Shown: one piece after another, positions 46,365-57,942 of the stretch
Layout: each line of letters begins with the position of its first letter
How positions within the stretch are numbered: the stretch's first letter is position 1
Position numbers and translations under genes: made by a program
Source: an uncultured Pelagibacteraceae bacterium
GTDB taxonomy: Bacteria > Pseudomonadota > Alphaproteobacteria > Pelagibacterales > Pelagibacteraceae
Assembly: GCA_902515605.1 (NCBI GenBank)
Contig: CABXVQ010000001.1
Span: 1,795-65,794, forward strand
Reading direction: 5' to 3'
Length of the DNA: 64,000 bases
Notes under the pieces: generated by a model
What the model saw: the letters and a program-made list of their open reading frames with translations, nothing else
What the model was told of the DNA's origin: nothing
Databases searched by the model: none

Positions 46365-46801
46365 TGTCATCTAAAGAAAAACCTTACGTATTATACGTAG
46401 CAGAATTTATATATTCAAAAATTTGTCAAATTAAAAAAAAAAATCCTGATTTTTCAAATATTAATGCTTTTGAGTCATTCATTGGAACACCTGAATACAA
46501 AGAAATAAGTAGTGGTGAATTTCATGACAAATGGATTGAAAACTTGAAAAAGAATAATTTTATTGATCTTAAAACTAAAAAAAAGATACCAGACGAAACA
46601 ATTAAGTTACTTTATGTTCAAAAAGATATGATGATTAAACAACTTATTCAATTTCCTGAATTATATTATGCAAAAAGTCATTTTCCTTTAGAATTGTCTC
46701 AAAGAGCTTTTGATCATTTATGGAGAATGTGTGAAAGTTATGAATTATGGTGTAAAGAAAGCAAACAAAAACATTTAATTTATTTAAAAATTACTGATTG
46801 A
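46364..46801 (+). CDS. Hypothetical protein
   Basis: 145-aa ORF with a TAATG overlap with the racemase gene. Confidence 0.65.
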   Translation: MSSKEKPYVLYVAEFIYSKICQIKKKNPDFSNINAFESFIGTPEYKEISSGEFHDKWIENLKKNNFIDLKTKKKIPDETIKLLYVQKDMMIKQLIQFPELYYAKSHFPLELSQRAFDHLWRMCESYELWCKESKQKHLIYLKITD

Positions 46802-47105
46802 TATTTTTAAGGTTTAGTTTTTGTCTTGTGAGTTTTATTCTTTTTTCAACTAGAAGCATAAGTTTTTTATTTAAATCTTTATTATCATTGTTTTCTTCAA
46901 TTTTATCTTTGACAAAAGTTAGAGAGTTTTTTCCAGTTGCATCTTCAATTCTTTTATTAATCATATATTGAGCTCCAGCTTTGTAAACATTACCAGATGT
47001 AAAAGCTGTTAAACCAGGACCAAGTATAGAAAAAACAGGGAAAAACCCAGTCAAAAAGAAAAACGAAACTATAAACATTAATATTTTAATAAATCTAAAT
47101 TTCAT
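46791..47105 (-). CDS. Hypothetical membrane-anchored protein
   Basis: 104-aa ORF with a hydrophobic N-terminus. Confidence 0.6.
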   Translation of the reverse strand: MKFRFIKILMFIVSFFFLTGFFPVFSILGPGLTAFTSGNVYKAGAQYMINKRIEDATGKNSLTFVKDKIEENNDNKDLNKKLMLLVEKRIKLTRQKLNLKNINQ

Positions 47106-47256
47106 TTCAAAATCATTTTTTGTTAATCACAATTGAGAAGAATCTTATACATTTTCGAATACAACTCAAGGTAGTAATTATGCTCGCATATTTCATAAGT
47201 AAATTAAACTAAATTTATCCAATGAAAGTAAGAATAAATGATCTATAAAACCTGAA

Positions 47257-48105
47257 ATGGTCAGAATATTCCCACTAATATTTATATTGTTATGGTCCTC
47301 AGCCTTTATTACCACCAAGCCAATTATAGATAATAGTGATCCCTTTTCAGCTTTAGCATTTAGATTTTTTTTTGTAGCAATTGGGTTTTACCTTTTTTCC
47401 ATTTATTCAAAACATTCAATAAATATTAAAAGAAAAAATTTAATTGAGTCTGTTTTAAGTGGGGTTCTTTTTCATGGATTGTATTTGGGTGGGGTGTTTT
47501 ATTCAATTTCAATTGGCATGCCTACTGGAATTGCAGCTTTAATAGTCACTCTTCAGCCTGTTTTGACCAATGCACTTAGTGGACCCATACTGGGTGAAAA
47601 AGTAACTATGAAACAATGGGTTGGAGTTTTTCTTGGATTTGTGGGTGCAGTATTGGTTTTAGGTTTAGATGTTGGTTCGAAAATACCATTAATAGGTTTG
47701 ATTGCAACAATAGTAGCTTTAATTGCAATCACTTCATCAACTATTTGGCAAAAAAAATTAAGTAATAATTTACCTTTATCAGTAAGTAATTTTTATCAAG
47801 CAGTTGGTGGGTGTTTTTTTCATGTAGTGATTATAATACTTTTTGCTGAACCGTATATTGATTTCACTAAAACATTCATTATAGCAATGAGTCATCAAAT
47901 ATTTCTAGTATCATTTGGGGCTTTTACAATATTGATGTATTTGATTAAAAATAATTCAGCAAGTAAAACTGTTTCAATATTTTTTTTAATACCAGCTACA
48001 TCTGCTTTTATGGCTTGGTTATTTTTAAATGAGAATTTAACAAATTTAGATTTGATAGGATTTCTAATAACTACAATAGGTGTTTATATTGCTACAAGAG
48101 ATTGA
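47257..48105 (+). CDS. DMT/EamA family transporter
   Basis: About ten TM segments; LWSSAF, LQP.LT, LGEK, L.E.L. Confidence 0.88.
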   Translation: MVRIFPLIFILLWSSAFITTKPIIDNSDPFSALAFRFFFVAIGFYLFSIYSKHSINIKRKNLIESVLSGVLFHGLYLGGVFYSISIGMPTGIAALIVTLQPVLTNALSGPILGEKVTMKQWVGVFLGFVGAVLVLGLDVGSKIPLIGLIATIVALIAITSSTIWQKKLSNNLPLSVSNFYQAVGGCFFHVVIIILFAEPYIDFTKTFIIAMSHQIFLVSFGAFTILMYLIKNNSASKTVSIFFLIPATSAFMAWLFLNENLTNLDLIGFLITTIGVYIATRD

Positions 48106-48110
48106 GATGT

Positions 48111-48698
48111 TTAAATTGATTTATAACCAAACTCTAAAGATGCATCAGTTATTGAATGATACAAAGACTCTCCAAAACTTCTAAGAGCAAACAATCTTAC
48201 TTTAGTTGGATTATCCTCTAACATGTCAATAGTGATTGCTATTCCATTATATGTAGAATTTATAGAATTATTTTTTTCTAGATTATTAAAATCAAAAGGA
48301 CACCCTTTCTTCAAAACTTCTTTTGAGGCTTGTCCTTCTATTTGAATTATAGCTCTTGAATGAGATAAGTTAGTTACAGCAAAATCTGTTTCTTTAAAAT
48401 TTTGTGAAATATTTTTAAGTAAATCATTTTTTGTTGAAACCAAAAGCCAATTTTTTGGACCATTCCATAAAATTCTGGTATCATTATTATTTGATACGTT
48501 TAATGGCTTATCTTTTAATCTTAAACCATCAATGTCAATATTTTCAAAAGAAACTGTAGAATTTTTATACTGAGCTATTTGAACTATCAGTAAGTTTTTT
48601 ATTTCAGAAATTTTTAAAAGATTATTATCATTTTTGTCTTCGTGATCACCAAATTGACCTATTGAATGGACATTTGCTAAGGCTGATATTAAACTCAT
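48111..48698 (-). CDS. soxG: Sarcosine oxidase-family gamma subunit
   Basis: LWNGP..WL, TNLSH.R, L.KGCP.D, RSF; operon context. Confidence 0.88.
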   Translation of the reverse strand: MSLISALANVHSIGQFGDHEDKNDNNLLKISEIKNLLIVQIAQYKNSTVSFENIDIDGLRLKDKPLNVSNNNDTRILWNGPKNWLLVSTKNDLLKNISQNFKETDFAVTNLSHSRAIIQIEGQASKEVLKKGCPFDFNNLEKNNSINSTYNGIAITIDMLEDNPTKVRLFALRSFGESLYHSITDASLEFGYKSI

Positions 48699-51691
48699 GA
48701 TCTAACCCTTTCACCTTTTGGATCAACATAGTGAGAAGAAACAATCTCAACTGGAATTACTTTATTTTTAAGAGGCGACATTACAAATAACTTTTCACCG
48801 ATCATATTTTTCCCATTCTTTAGTATTGCTAGAGAAAATGGATTATCGTGTTCAACACTCCAACATGAAGCTGAGATGTAACCTAATTTTGGATTTGGCA
48901 ATGGTGCATTCGAGTCTTTAACTAAATGTGACCCTTCTGGAATACTTGTTTTTTTATCTAAAGGAACTACCCCAACAATTTTTTGTCTATCTTCAGTTAT
49001 AAATGCTTTTCTAGTTAAAGATCTTTTGCCAATAAAGTCTTTCTTTTTACTTAATAAACCTTCAAGAGAATTATCATAAGGAATTGTTCTTCCATCTAAC
49101 TCAGATCCTGCAACATGACCCATTTCAATTCTAAGAGTTGATAATGCCTCAGTTCCATATGGCTGGATTTTGAATTCTTCTCCAACTTCCATAATTTTTT
49201 CCCACATAAAGTTTCCATTATCAGACTCAACATTTACTTCATATGCAAGCTCACCTGAGAAAGAAATTCTAAAAATTCTAGCTTTTACACCAAACAAGTC
49301 TCCTTCAATATAGCCCATAAAAGGTAACCCTTCGTTTGAAACATCAGATTTTGGGAATAATTTTTGTAATAAATCTCTAGATTTAGGTCCTGCAACTGCT
49401 GCACCTGCCCATTGTTCTGTGGTTGAAACTACATTTACATTTAACTCTGGCCAAACTAATTGCAAATAATATTCTAAATGTGAGAGAACGTTTGCAGCTT
49501 GAGCGGTAGTAGTTGTCATATGATAATGATTTTCTGAAATTCTTGTAGTTGTTCCGTCATCCATAACAATTCCATCTTCTCTTAACATCACGCCATATCT
49601 TGCTTTACCCACTGGTAACTTTAGCCAAGCATTTGTATAAACTCTATTAAGTAGTTCTGCTGCATCTGGTCCTTTAATATCTATTTTACCTAAGGTAGTT
49701 ACATCACATACACCTACATTTGTTCTCACATTTTTTGCTTCTCTCTTAGACGCTTCAAATAAATTTTCATTTCCTTGTTTATAATATCTTGGTCTTAACC
49801 ACACACCTGCATCTACAAATATCGCATTATTTTGTTCATGCCATTTATGCATTGGAGATTTTCTTGTAGGTTTTGAATGTTTTCCTATTTCTCTTCCAAC
49901 AATTGCACCTATTGAAACTGGCGTATAAGGAGGTCTAAAAGTTGTGTGACCAACATTTGGTACTACTTTATTTTCAATATTCGATACTAATTGCAAACCA
50001 TTTAAGTTACTAGTTTTGCCTTGATCAGTAGCCATTCCAAGAGTGGTGTATCTTTTTACATGTTCTATTGATCGATAGCCCTCCTTTAATGCAATTTCTA
50101 TATCAGAAACTGCAACATCATTTTGAAAATCTAAAAATCTTTTATAATTCTTTCCTTTGGGTAATGGCACACACCAAAATTTATCGTGTGTTGTTGATTT
50201 TTTTTCAACAACATTTGGTAAAGAAATTTTATTATCATTGTTAGTGATTTTTTTTGATAGATCATAAGCTGTTTCAAAAGAGTTTTTTAAAGTCTCTTCT
50301 AAAGTATAAGATCCATTCGCTGCACCCAATGTTGTTTCATTTTGTTTCGATGTTCCTGGAACAAATGCATCAATTTCTTCGTTGAATTTTGTTTTATTTC
50401 CAGATTGTGAAGCTAAGTGAATTGTTGGTGTCCAAAAACCAGAGACACAAATGCAGTCACACTTAATATTTTCTACTGATCCAAGTTGCTCTTTATCATC
50501 TGAAATTTTTGCAATATCAGCTGATTTTACTTTTTTATATCCTTGAGCAGCTACTACTACATATGAAAACTTAATATTTATTCCTAAATTCTTTGCTTCA
50601 TCGATTATTTCAGATTGTGGATCTTTTCTTGTATCTAAGATAGTTGGATCAACACCATTTTTCTTAAATTCAATTGCTGTTTCATATCCACTATCGTTGT
50701 TAGTAAAAATTAGAGGGTTTCTTCCAACTAATACTCCATAAACTTTTAGGTATTCTTTTGCTGCTGATGAAAGCATTACTCCTGGGGTATCATTGTTACC
50801 AAAAACTATTGGTCTTTCAATTGATCCTGAAGAAATAAGAACTTCTTTTGCTCTAATGTACCAAAGTCTTTGTTTTGGATGAAATTTTTTTGTCTTTGAA
50901 AGATGATCACTAATTCTTTCAGACATCACTAACATGTTATGATCGTAATAGCCAAAAACCTGAGATCTATTTTTAACTGTTACGTTAGGCATTTCTTTAA
51001 GTTCAGCAATTATTCCTTCGGCCCACTCTTTACCTGATTTATTTCCAATATTTACTTCACTTGTAAGAAGTGTTCCACCAAATCTAGCTTTATCTTCAGC
51101 TAAAATTACTCGTGCCCCATTTTTTGCTGCAGCATATGCACTTGCTAAACCTGATGGTCCTGAACCAGCAATTAATAAGTCACAATATTCATATTTATGT
51201 TCATATCTTTCTTTATCATGTTTGATTGATGCAACACCAAGACCTGCTGCTTTCCTAATAAAAGGTTCATAAACTTTATACCAAAAACTTTTTGGCCACA
51301 TAAATGTTTTGTAATAAAATCCAGCAGGAAGAAATATTTTTAAAAAGTTATTTATTGCTCCGATATCAAAGTTAACACTTGGCCAACAATTTACACTTGT
51401 TGCTTTTAAACCCTCAAAAAGCTCCTGTTCTGTGGCTTTTATGTTTGGTTCAGTTTCACCATTTCTATATAGCTGCACCATTGCATATGGCTCATCGACT
51501 CCAGCACCAAAAAAACCTCTTGGTCTGTGGTATTTAAAGCTTCTACCAATTAAATGAACTCCATTAGCTATTAAAGCTGAGGCTAGAGTATCTCCTTCAT
51601 AACCATAATAAGTTTTATTATTAAACTTAAATGATAACTTCTTATCTCTATTTATTAAACCACCATCTGATAATCTAAAGTTTTGATCCAT
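48695..51691 (-). CDS. soxA: Sarcosine oxidase-family alpha subunit
   Basis: [51 protein letters not shown]. Confidence 0.95.
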   Translation of the reverse strand: MDQNFRLSDGGLINRDKKLSFKFNNKTYYGYEGDTLASALIANGVHLIGRSFKYHRPRGFFGAGVDEPYAMVQLYRNGETEPNIKATEQELFEGLKATSVNCWPSVNFDIGAINNFLKIFLPAGFYYKTFMWPKSFWYKVYEPFIRKAAGLGVASIKHDKERYEHKYEYCDLLIAGSGPSGLASAYAAAKNGARVILAEDKARFGGTLLTSEVNIGNKSGKEWAEGIIAELKEMPNVTVKNRSQVFGYYDHNMLVMSERISDHLSKTKKFHPKQRLWYIRAKEVLISSGSIERPIVFGNNDTPGVMLSSAAKEYLKVYGVLVGRNPLIFTNNDSGYETAIEFKKNGVDPTILDTRKDPQSEIIDEAKNLGINIKFSYVVVAAQGYKKVKSADIAKISDDKEQLGSVENIKCDCICVSGFWTPTIHLASQSGNKTKFNEEIDAFVPGTSKQNETTLGAANGSYTLEETLKNSFETAYDLSKKITNNDNKISLPNVVEKKSTTHDKFWCVPLPKGKNYKRFLDFQNDVAVSDIEIALKEGYRSIEHVKRYTTLGMATDQGKTSNLNGLQLVSNIENKVVPNVGHTTFRPPYTPVSIGAIVGREIGKHSKPTRKSPMHKWHEQNNAIFVDAGVWLRPRYYKQGNENLFEASKREAKNVRTNVGVCDVTTLGKIDIKGPDAAELLNRVYTNAWLKLPVGKARYGVMLREDGIVMDDGTTTRISENHYHMTTTTAQAANVLSHLEYYLQLVWPELNVNVVSTTEQWAGAAVAGPKSRDLLQKLFPKSDVSNEGLPFMGYIEGDLFGVKARIFRISFSGELAYEVNVESDNGNFMWEKIMEVGEEFKIQPYGTEALSTLRIEMGHVAGSELDGRTIPYDNSLEGLLSKKKDFIGKRSLTRKAFITEDRQKIVGVVPLDKKTSIPEGSHLVKDSNAPLPNPKLGYISASCWSVEHDNPFSLAILKNGKNMIGEKLFVMSPLKNKVIPVEIVSSHYVDPKGERVRS

Positions 51692-51960
51692 TACGAATTA
51701 TCCTCATTAGCTTTTAATGTTCTAAATATTTCATGAGTAGCGGTATCTCTTTCAACTTTTATCCATTGTCTACATCCTGATAAATGTTGCCATAATTCTA
51801 AATGTTTTCCTCTTAAACTTTTTCTATTGTAGACAAAATTATCCCAGTCTTGATCAGATATTTCTTTACCTAGCTCAGGTCTTTTAACAGTTGCATCACC
51901 ACCATAAGAAAATTCATTTTGTGATCTCATTCCACAATGTGGACATTTAATATGAAGCAT
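51691..51960 (-). CDS. soxD: Sarcosine oxidase-family delta subunit
   Basis: CPHCG.R...EF.YGG, E.WQH..GC..W...RDT.THEI. Confidence 0.93.
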   Translation of the reverse strand: MLHIKCPHCGMRSQNEFSYGGDATVKRPELGKEISDQDWDNFVYNRKSLRGKHLELWQHLSGCRQWIKVERDTATHEIFRTLKANEDNS

Positions 51961-53217
51961 TTATGAAATCCAAGTTTTTGTGCCAAGACCCTTTTCGTCA
52001 AGTAAGTGACCTGAATTAAATCTATTTAGGTTATATCCTGCGTTTAATTCATGAACTCTATCTTGAGCAATAGTATGTGCAAATGTCCAACCAGATGCTG
52101 GAGTAGCTTTGAATCCACCATAACACCAACCACAATTTAAATACAAACCTTCAATATGAGTTTTGTCAATAATAGGTGAGCCATCCATCGACATATCCAT
52201 AATTCCACCCCAAGTCCTAAGCATTTTTAATTTACTTAAGAATGGCATCATTGCTATTCCTTCAGTAAGCACATGTTGAAGTGTCGGTAAATTTCCTCTT
52301 TGGGCGTAACTATTATATCCATCTAGATCTCCACCCATAACCATTTCACCTTTGTCTGATTGACTTATATAAAAATGGCCAGCACCAAAAGTAACGACTT
52401 TATCTAAAACTGGTTTGACTGGTTCTGAAACACATGCTTGAAGAAGATGAGTTTCAATAGGTAAAGTCATATTAAGTTTGTCAGCTAAAATATTAGTACT
52501 GCCAGCAACACATAATCCAATTTTTTTAACCTTAATATCTCCCCTAGAAGTTCGAACACCTTTTACTTTTCCTCCTGAAATATCAAAACCTATTACTTCA
52601 CAATTTTGAATTATATCAACACCCATAGAATCAGCTTGTCTTGCATAACCCCATGCTACCGCATCATGTCTTGCTGTTCCTGCACTAGGCTGCATGAGTC
52701 CACCAAAGATTGGAAATCTGACATTCTCAGAAAAGTCAGCCATTGGAATAATTTCTCTTACTTGTTCTCTGTTTAATAATTCTGCATCAATACCATTCAA
52801 TCTCATTGAGTTTCCTCGTCTTGCATAAACATTCATTTGTGCATCTGAATGAGCTAAGTTAATAATCCCTCTTGGGGAAAACATCACATTATAATTTAAA
52901 TCTTGGCTCATCTTTCTCCAAAGATCCATTCCAAATTCACTAAACAATGCATTATCATCATGCATGTAATTTGATCTAATTATTGTTGTATTACGTCCAA
53001 CATTTCCACCACCAATCCATCCCTTTTCTATAATGGCAACATTTGTAATATTATGCTCTTTTGCTAAATAATATGCAGTTGCTAGGCCATGGCCTCCTCC
53101 TCCAATAATGACAACATCGTACTCTTTTTTAGGAGTTGGGTCTTTCCAAGCTAAATCCCATTTTTGATGATTGGAAAAAGCATTTTTAATCAGATTAAAT
53201 ATTGAGTATTTTTGCAT
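51961..53217 (-). CDS. soxB: Sarcosine oxidase-family beta subunit
   Basis: GGGGHGLATAYYLA, GGGNVGRNTTIIRSNY, ARHDAVAWGYAR, GWCYGGFKATP. Confidence 0.95.
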   Translation of the reverse strand: MQKYSIFNLIKNAFSNHQKWDLAWKDPTPKKEYDVVIIGGGGHGLATAYYLAKEHNITNVAIIEKGWIGGGNVGRNTTIIRSNYMHDDNALFSEFGMDLWRKMSQDLNYNVMFSPRGIINLAHSDAQMNVYARRGNSMRLNGIDAELLNREQVREIIPMADFSENVRFPIFGGLMQPSAGTARHDAVAWGYARQADSMGVDIIQNCEVIGFDISGGKVKGVRTSRGDIKVKKIGLCVAGSTNILADKLNMTLPIETHLLQACVSEPVKPVLDKVVTFGAGHFYISQSDKGEMVMGGDLDGYNSYAQRGNLPTLQHVLTEGIAMMPFLSKLKMLRTWGGIMDMSMDGSPIIDKTHIEGLYLNCGWCYGGFKATPASGWTFAHTIAQDRVHELNAGYNLNRFNSGHLLDEKGLGTKTWIS

Positions 53218-53344
53218 GAATAAATTTTATAATAATGAATATAAATAGTTCATATTTTTTTTATATATAATTTTTAGATATTTCCAAAGGCTATAAAAAG
53301 AGATACTAATCGACCAGCTTTTTAATATTTATAAAGGACTTTTA

Positions 53345-55030
53345 ATGAGTGAAGTAAAATCAGATATCCAAATAGCAAGAGAAGCTAGGATGCGACCAAT
53401 CAACGATATATTGGCTAAAGTTAATGTACCAGATGAAAGTACTGCTTTTAGTCCAATGGGAAGACATATCGCAAAAATTAACTTGGAGTATCTTGATACA
53501 TTAAAGGATAAACCTGATGGAAAACTAATTTTAGTTACCGCTATAACTCCAACACCAGCTGGTGAGGGAAAAACTACGACATCTGTAGGTTTAAATGATG
53601 GATTAAATAAAATTGGAAAAAAATCTATTGTTTGTTTAAGAGAGCCAAGTTTAGGTCCTTCATTTGGTATGAAAGGTGGTGCTGCTGGTGGTGGATTTGC
53701 CCAGGTTGTACCAATGGAGCAAATAAATCTACATTTCACAGGTGACTTTCATGCAATAACATCAGCTCACAATCTTTTATCTGCATTAATTGATAATCAC
53801 ATCTATTGGGGTAATAAATTGAATATCGATGTAAGAAGAATTGTTTGGAAGAGAGTTATGGATATGAATGATCGATCCCTTAGATCTATTAATATAAATT
53901 TAGGTGGCGTAGCAAACGGTTTTCCTAGAGAAGATGGATTTGATATAACGGTTGCTTCTGAAATAATGGCTATCTTTTGTTTAGCAAATAATCTTGAAGA
54001 TTTAGAAAAAAGAATTGGCAATATTACAGTGGCTTATACAAGAGAGAAAAAACCTATTTTTGCAAAAGATTTAAAAGCTCAAGGGCCTATGACTGTTTTG
54101 CTTAAAGATGCAATTAGACCAAATGTAACTCAAACATTAGAGAATAATCCTGCAATTATTCATGGAGGACCTTTTGCAAATATTGCTCATGGATGTAACT
54201 CCGTTATAGCAACAAAAGCTGGCCTAAAACTTGCAGACTATGTTGTAACAGAGGCTGGATTTGGAGCTGACCTAGGTGCTGAAAAATTTCTTGATATTAA
54301 ATGTAGAAAATCAGATCTTAAACCAAGCTGTGTTGTAATTGTTGCAACAATAAGAGCTCTTAAAATGCACGGAGGTGTCGCAAAAGATGATTTAAAAAAT
54401 GAAAATGTTGATGCACTTAAAAAAGGATTAGTGAATCTTCAAAGACATGTTGAAAATGTTAAAAAATTTGGCCTACCCGTTGCAATAGCTGTAAATCATT
54501 TCATTAAAGATACTGATAAAGAGGTAAAAGCTTTAATAAGTTTTTGTGATGGTTTAGGTGTTAAAGCTAGTCTATGTACCCATTGGGCAAATGGTGGGGA
54601 AGGCACAAAAGATTTAGCAACTCTAGTAGCTGATTTATGTGAAAAAAATAATACTAAATTTAAATTTTTATATGAAAACAAAACTCCTCTTTTTAAAAAG
54701 ATCGAAACTATTGCTAAAGAAATTTATAGAGCCGATGAAGTTATAGCAGACACCAAAATTAGAGAACAGCTTAGGGGTTTTGAGGAGTCTGGATATAGTG
54801 ATCTGCCTATTTGTATAGCAAAAACTCAATACAGTTTTTCCACAGACCCAAGTCTCAAAGGAGCTCCAACCGGACATGCTTTACCTTTAAGAGAAATTAG
54901 ACTTTCATCAGGTGCTGAATTTATAGTTGTTGTTTGTGGGGCTATCATGACAATGCCTGGCTTACCGAGAGTTCCAGCAGCTGACTCTATTAAATTAAAT
55001 AAAAAAGGCGAAATAGAAGGTTTATTTTAA
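53345..55030 (+). CDS. fhs: Formate-tetrahydrofolate ligase
   Basis: [44 protein letters not shown]. Confidence 0.97.
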   Translation: MSEVKSDIQIAREARMRPINDILAKVNVPDESTAFSPMGRHIAKINLEYLDTLKDKPDGKLILVTAITPTPAGEGKTTTSVGLNDGLNKIGKKSIVCLREPSLGPSFGMKGGAAGGGFAQVVPMEQINLHFTGDFHAITSAHNLLSALIDNHIYWGNKLNIDVRRIVWKRVMDMNDRSLRSININLGGVANGFPREDGFDITVASEIMAIFCLANNLEDLEKRIGNITVAYTREKKPIFAKDLKAQGPMTVLLKDAIRPNVTQTLENNPAIIHGGPFANIAHGCNSVIATKAGLKLADYVVTEAGFGADLGAEKFLDIKCRKSDLKPSCVVIVATIRALKMHGGVAKDDLKNENVDALKKGLVNLQRHVENVKKFGLPVAIAVNHFIKDTDKEVKALISFCDGLGVKASLCTHWANGGEGTKDLATLVADLCEKNNTKFKFLYENKTPLFKKIETIAKEIYRADEVIADTKIREQLRGFEESGYSDLPICIAKTQYSFSTDPSLKGAPTGHALPLREIRLSSGAEFIVVVCGAIMTMPGLPRVPAADSIKLNKKGEIEGLF

Positions 55031-55809
55031 TTTAAATAGTTAAGCCAGTTTCTTAACTCAACCATTCTTTTTTGCTTATTAGCTTTTAAAATTTCTTTTT
55101 TTATAAAAGATATGTGATTTTCAACATCTTTTTCACTTTCAAAAACTTTTCTACTTTTTATTAATCTATCTTTTCTAAACTCAATTAAACTTATCATTTT
55201 TTCATAAGTTATTTCTGGATGATATTGTAAACCCCAAACATTGGTATTATTAACTTTAAAATAAATACTTTGTACTTTATTAATTTTATTAGAAGCCAAA
55301 CAAACTGCATTTCTAGGTAAAGTCCTTACCTCATCAAAGTTAAATGCTGGTGAATTAAATATTTTTTCTTTATCTTTATAAATTGGATGAGTTAATCCGT
55401 TTTCATTAATAATAATTTCATTTGCTATTCCTATATGGGAATCATCTGCTTTCTTAACCTCACCTCCTGCAGCTGTTACTGCTACTTGCATACCCCAACA
55501 AATAGCTAGGATATTTCTTACTTTTTTTAAGCATTCTTTCATGAATCCAATTTGTCTTCTAATTTCAGGTGTATCGTTATAAATATTTAAACTACTCCCT
55601 CCCCAAATTAATCCATCATATATTGAAAGTTTATTCTTTGTTGATTCTAGGCTTTTATCAGATGAAGGATTTATGACGTCAAATTGTAAATCTTTTGTAT
55701 AATAATTTAGACTATCTTTTAAACTTTCAGTATGGGTTTGAATCCCCTCAGCCGAAAATTTGTTATTTTCCTCACTTAAATTTCCTTCAACAATTAATAG
55801 TTTTTTCAT
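55027..55809 (-). CDS. Class I glutamine amidotransferase-like protein
   Basis: AICWGMQ nucleophile elbow and QYHPE. Confidence 0.88.
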   Translation of the reverse strand: MKKLLIVEGNLSEENNKFSAEGIQTHTESLKDSLNYYTKDLQFDVINPSSDKSLESTKNKLSIYDGLIWGGSSLNIYNDTPEIRRQIGFMKECLKKVRNILAICWGMQVAVTAAGGEVKKADDSHIGIANEIIINENGLTHPIYKDKEKIFNSPAFNFDEVRTLPRNAVCLASNKINKVQSIYFKVNNTNVWGLQYHPEITYEKMISLIEFRKDRLIKSRKVFESEKDVENHISFIKKEILKANKQKRMVELRNWLNYLN

Positions 55810-56966
55810 TTAAATAGCTCTCCTGAGATACTATGTTGATACATTAACTTAAGATCTTCCTTAGAGATTTTTTTTGGATTTCCAGTTGTCGATGGATCTT
55901 CAAAGGCCATTAAAGATAGTTTATCTAAATCCAAATCTGAACAATCCATGACATCAGATAATTTGTTTGGAATATTCAAATTTTTTCTAAGATCTAATAT
56001 CCACTTTAGAAAACTATCAAAATTTTTTTCTAAATCTAAATAATCACAAATTGAAATTATCTTATTTTCAATTGAAGATTTGTTAAATGTTAAAACATAT
56101 GGCATGAAAATAGCATTTGATAATCCATGATGAACATCAAATTGTGCATTAACAGGGTGGCTTAAAGAATGTATAGCTCCTAATCCTTTTTGAAAGGCAG
56201 TTGAACCCATTGATGATGCAGCTAATAAATTTTGTCTTGCTTCAATATTTTTTCCATCCTTAAAAGCTTTTAAGAGTGAATTTTTGATTAATTTCATTCC
56301 CTCTAAAGCTATTCCTTCTGCCATAGGATGAAAATTTGGTGCACACAATGCTTCAAGATTATGTGCTAATGCATCCATACCTGTTGCCGCTGTAAGTCTT
56401 GGTGAAAGTTCTATTGTTAAAGATGGATCTAGAATTACAATTGAAGGTAAAATTTTAGGATGGAATATAATTTTTTTAACTCCAGTTTTTTTATTTATAA
56501 TCGCAGAAGCTCGCCCAGTTTCTGATCCTGTGCCTGCAGTAGTTGGTATAGCTATTATTGGGGAAATTTTATTTTCATTTGCTCTTTTCCAATAATCATC
56601 GATATCTTCAAAATCCCAAATAGGTCTATTTTGTCCTGACATAAAAGCGATCGCTTTTCCAACATCAAGAGCACTTCCTCCACCTATTGCAATAACTCCA
56701 TCGCAATTATTTTTTTTGAATTCTTCTACACCTTCGTCAACATTCTCACCAGTTGGATTACCTGTAAAGTTTGAAAAAATAGTAAAATTATCAAATTTTT
56801 TTAAATTTTTTGAAACAATATTTTTGATAAAAGGTAAATTTATCAAATCTTTATCAGTAACAAATAATGGTTTTGTAAGATTTAAATTTTTGCATGCGTC
56901 TCTTAATTCATTTATTCTGTTTTCCCCGACCCAAACAGTTGTTGGATAATTCCAATTAAATTTCAT
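55806..56966 (-). CDS. Iron-containing alcohol dehydrogenase
   Basis: GGGSALD.GK, IPTTAGTGSE, GMDALAH.LE, HSLSH, HHG. Confidence 0.93.
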   Translation of the reverse strand: MKFNWNYPTTVWVGENRINELRDACKNLNLTKPLFVTDKDLINLPFIKNIVSKNLKKFDNFTIFSNFTGNPTGENVDEGVEEFKKNNCDGVIAIGGGSALDVGKAIAFMSGQNRPIWDFEDIDDYWKRANENKISPIIAIPTTAGTGSETGRASAIINKKTGVKKIIFHPKILPSIVILDPSLTIELSPRLTAATGMDALAHNLEALCAPNFHPMAEGIALEGMKLIKNSLLKAFKDGKNIEARQNLLAASSMGSTAFQKGLGAIHSLSHPVNAQFDVHHGLSNAIFMPYVLTFNKSSIENKIISICDYLDLEKNFDSFLKWILDLRKNLNIPNKLSDVMDCSDLDLDKLSLMAFEDPSTTGNPKKISKEDLKLMYQHSISGELFK

Positions 56967-56976
56967 ATATATTTAA

Positions 56977-57936
56977 TTAAATGATCTTAAGTTTTTTGTT
57001 ATTTAAAATTGCTTTAAGCAAATAGACCATTAAAGGAATTTTTTTTTTATTAATTTTTTTTAATATAAATGGTGCAATCTCTCTTGCTAACTGCTCTGCT
57101 TCTATAGTGTCTTTAGGCATAAATCTTCTCTTGGCTGATTTAAAAGTAAATCCTTTTCCAAGGTAACTACCCATCTTGCTATTTCTTCCACCAGCAGCAC
57201 TTACATACAGATCTCCCACTCCTGCAAGTCCTGAAATCGTTTCATTTTTCCCTTTAAAATATTTAATCAAATATTTCATTTCAAGTATTGATTTTTGAAA
57301 TAAGTTTGATGACGAGTTTAGACTTTGGCCAGCACCTATTATCATGGAATAGATATTCTTAATTGCTGAACTTACTTCTATACCAGCTACATCTTTTGAA
57401 TACTCTGTTAAATAATATTTAGTAGAAATAATTTTTCCAATAGATTTAGCAATTTTAATATTTTTATTTGCGATAACTACACTCGTTTGATTCTTTCTTG
57501 CGAGTTCTTTAGCTAGGCAAGGACCTTTTAACACAGAAACATTTGAAGCATTATAATTTTTAATAAGTTGCTCAGAGATAGTCCAAATTCTTTTATTTTT
57601 TTTTTCGTATTTTAAGCCTTTTGTGAGTACTAAAATTGGTGATTTAACTCTTAAATTTTTTAATTGTTTTCCAATAAAATCAATACCGGATAGGCTTAAC
57701 GCAATAACTATTAAATCAAATTTTTCATTTAATAAGTTGCTAGAAAATTTTCTAAATTTTAATTTTTTTGAAAGATTAATCTTTAAGGCTGAGTGAAATT
57801 TATTTTTTGATGATAGATTTTTTATAAATATTTTACTATATGGCTCAGTTATTGTAACTCTATTCTTATTATCAATGCATGGAATTGTAAATGCAGATCC
57901 CATGGCTCCGCCACCAATTATTAAAATATTTTTCAT
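56977..57936 (-). CDS. Divergent NAD(P)H-dependent glycerol-3-phosphate dehydrogenase-like protein
   Basis: IGGGAMG, LTKG, GP.LAKE, AIKNIY, GLAGVGDL, RN..MG..LG. Confidence 0.8.
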   Translation of the reverse strand: MKNILIIGGGAMGSAFTIPCIDNKNRVTITEPYSKIFIKNLSSKNKFHSALKINLSKKLKFRKFSSNLLNEKFDLIVIALSLSGIDFIGKQLKNLRVKSPILVLTKGLKYEKKNKRIWTISEQLIKNYNASNVSVLKGPCLAKELARKNQTSVVIANKNIKIAKSIGKIISTKYYLTEYSKDVAGIEVSSAIKNIYSMIIGAGQSLNSSSNLFQKSILEMKYLIKYFKGKNETISGLAGVGDLYVSAAGGRNSKMGSYLGKGFTFKSAKRRFMPKDTIEAEQLAREIAPFILKKINKKKIPLMVYLLKAILNNKKLKII

Positions 57937-57942
57937 AATATT

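Noticed and set aside
24373-51961. Frequent TAA|ATG and TAATG junctions as a special signal
   Set aside because: Expected from genome streamlining and translational coupling.
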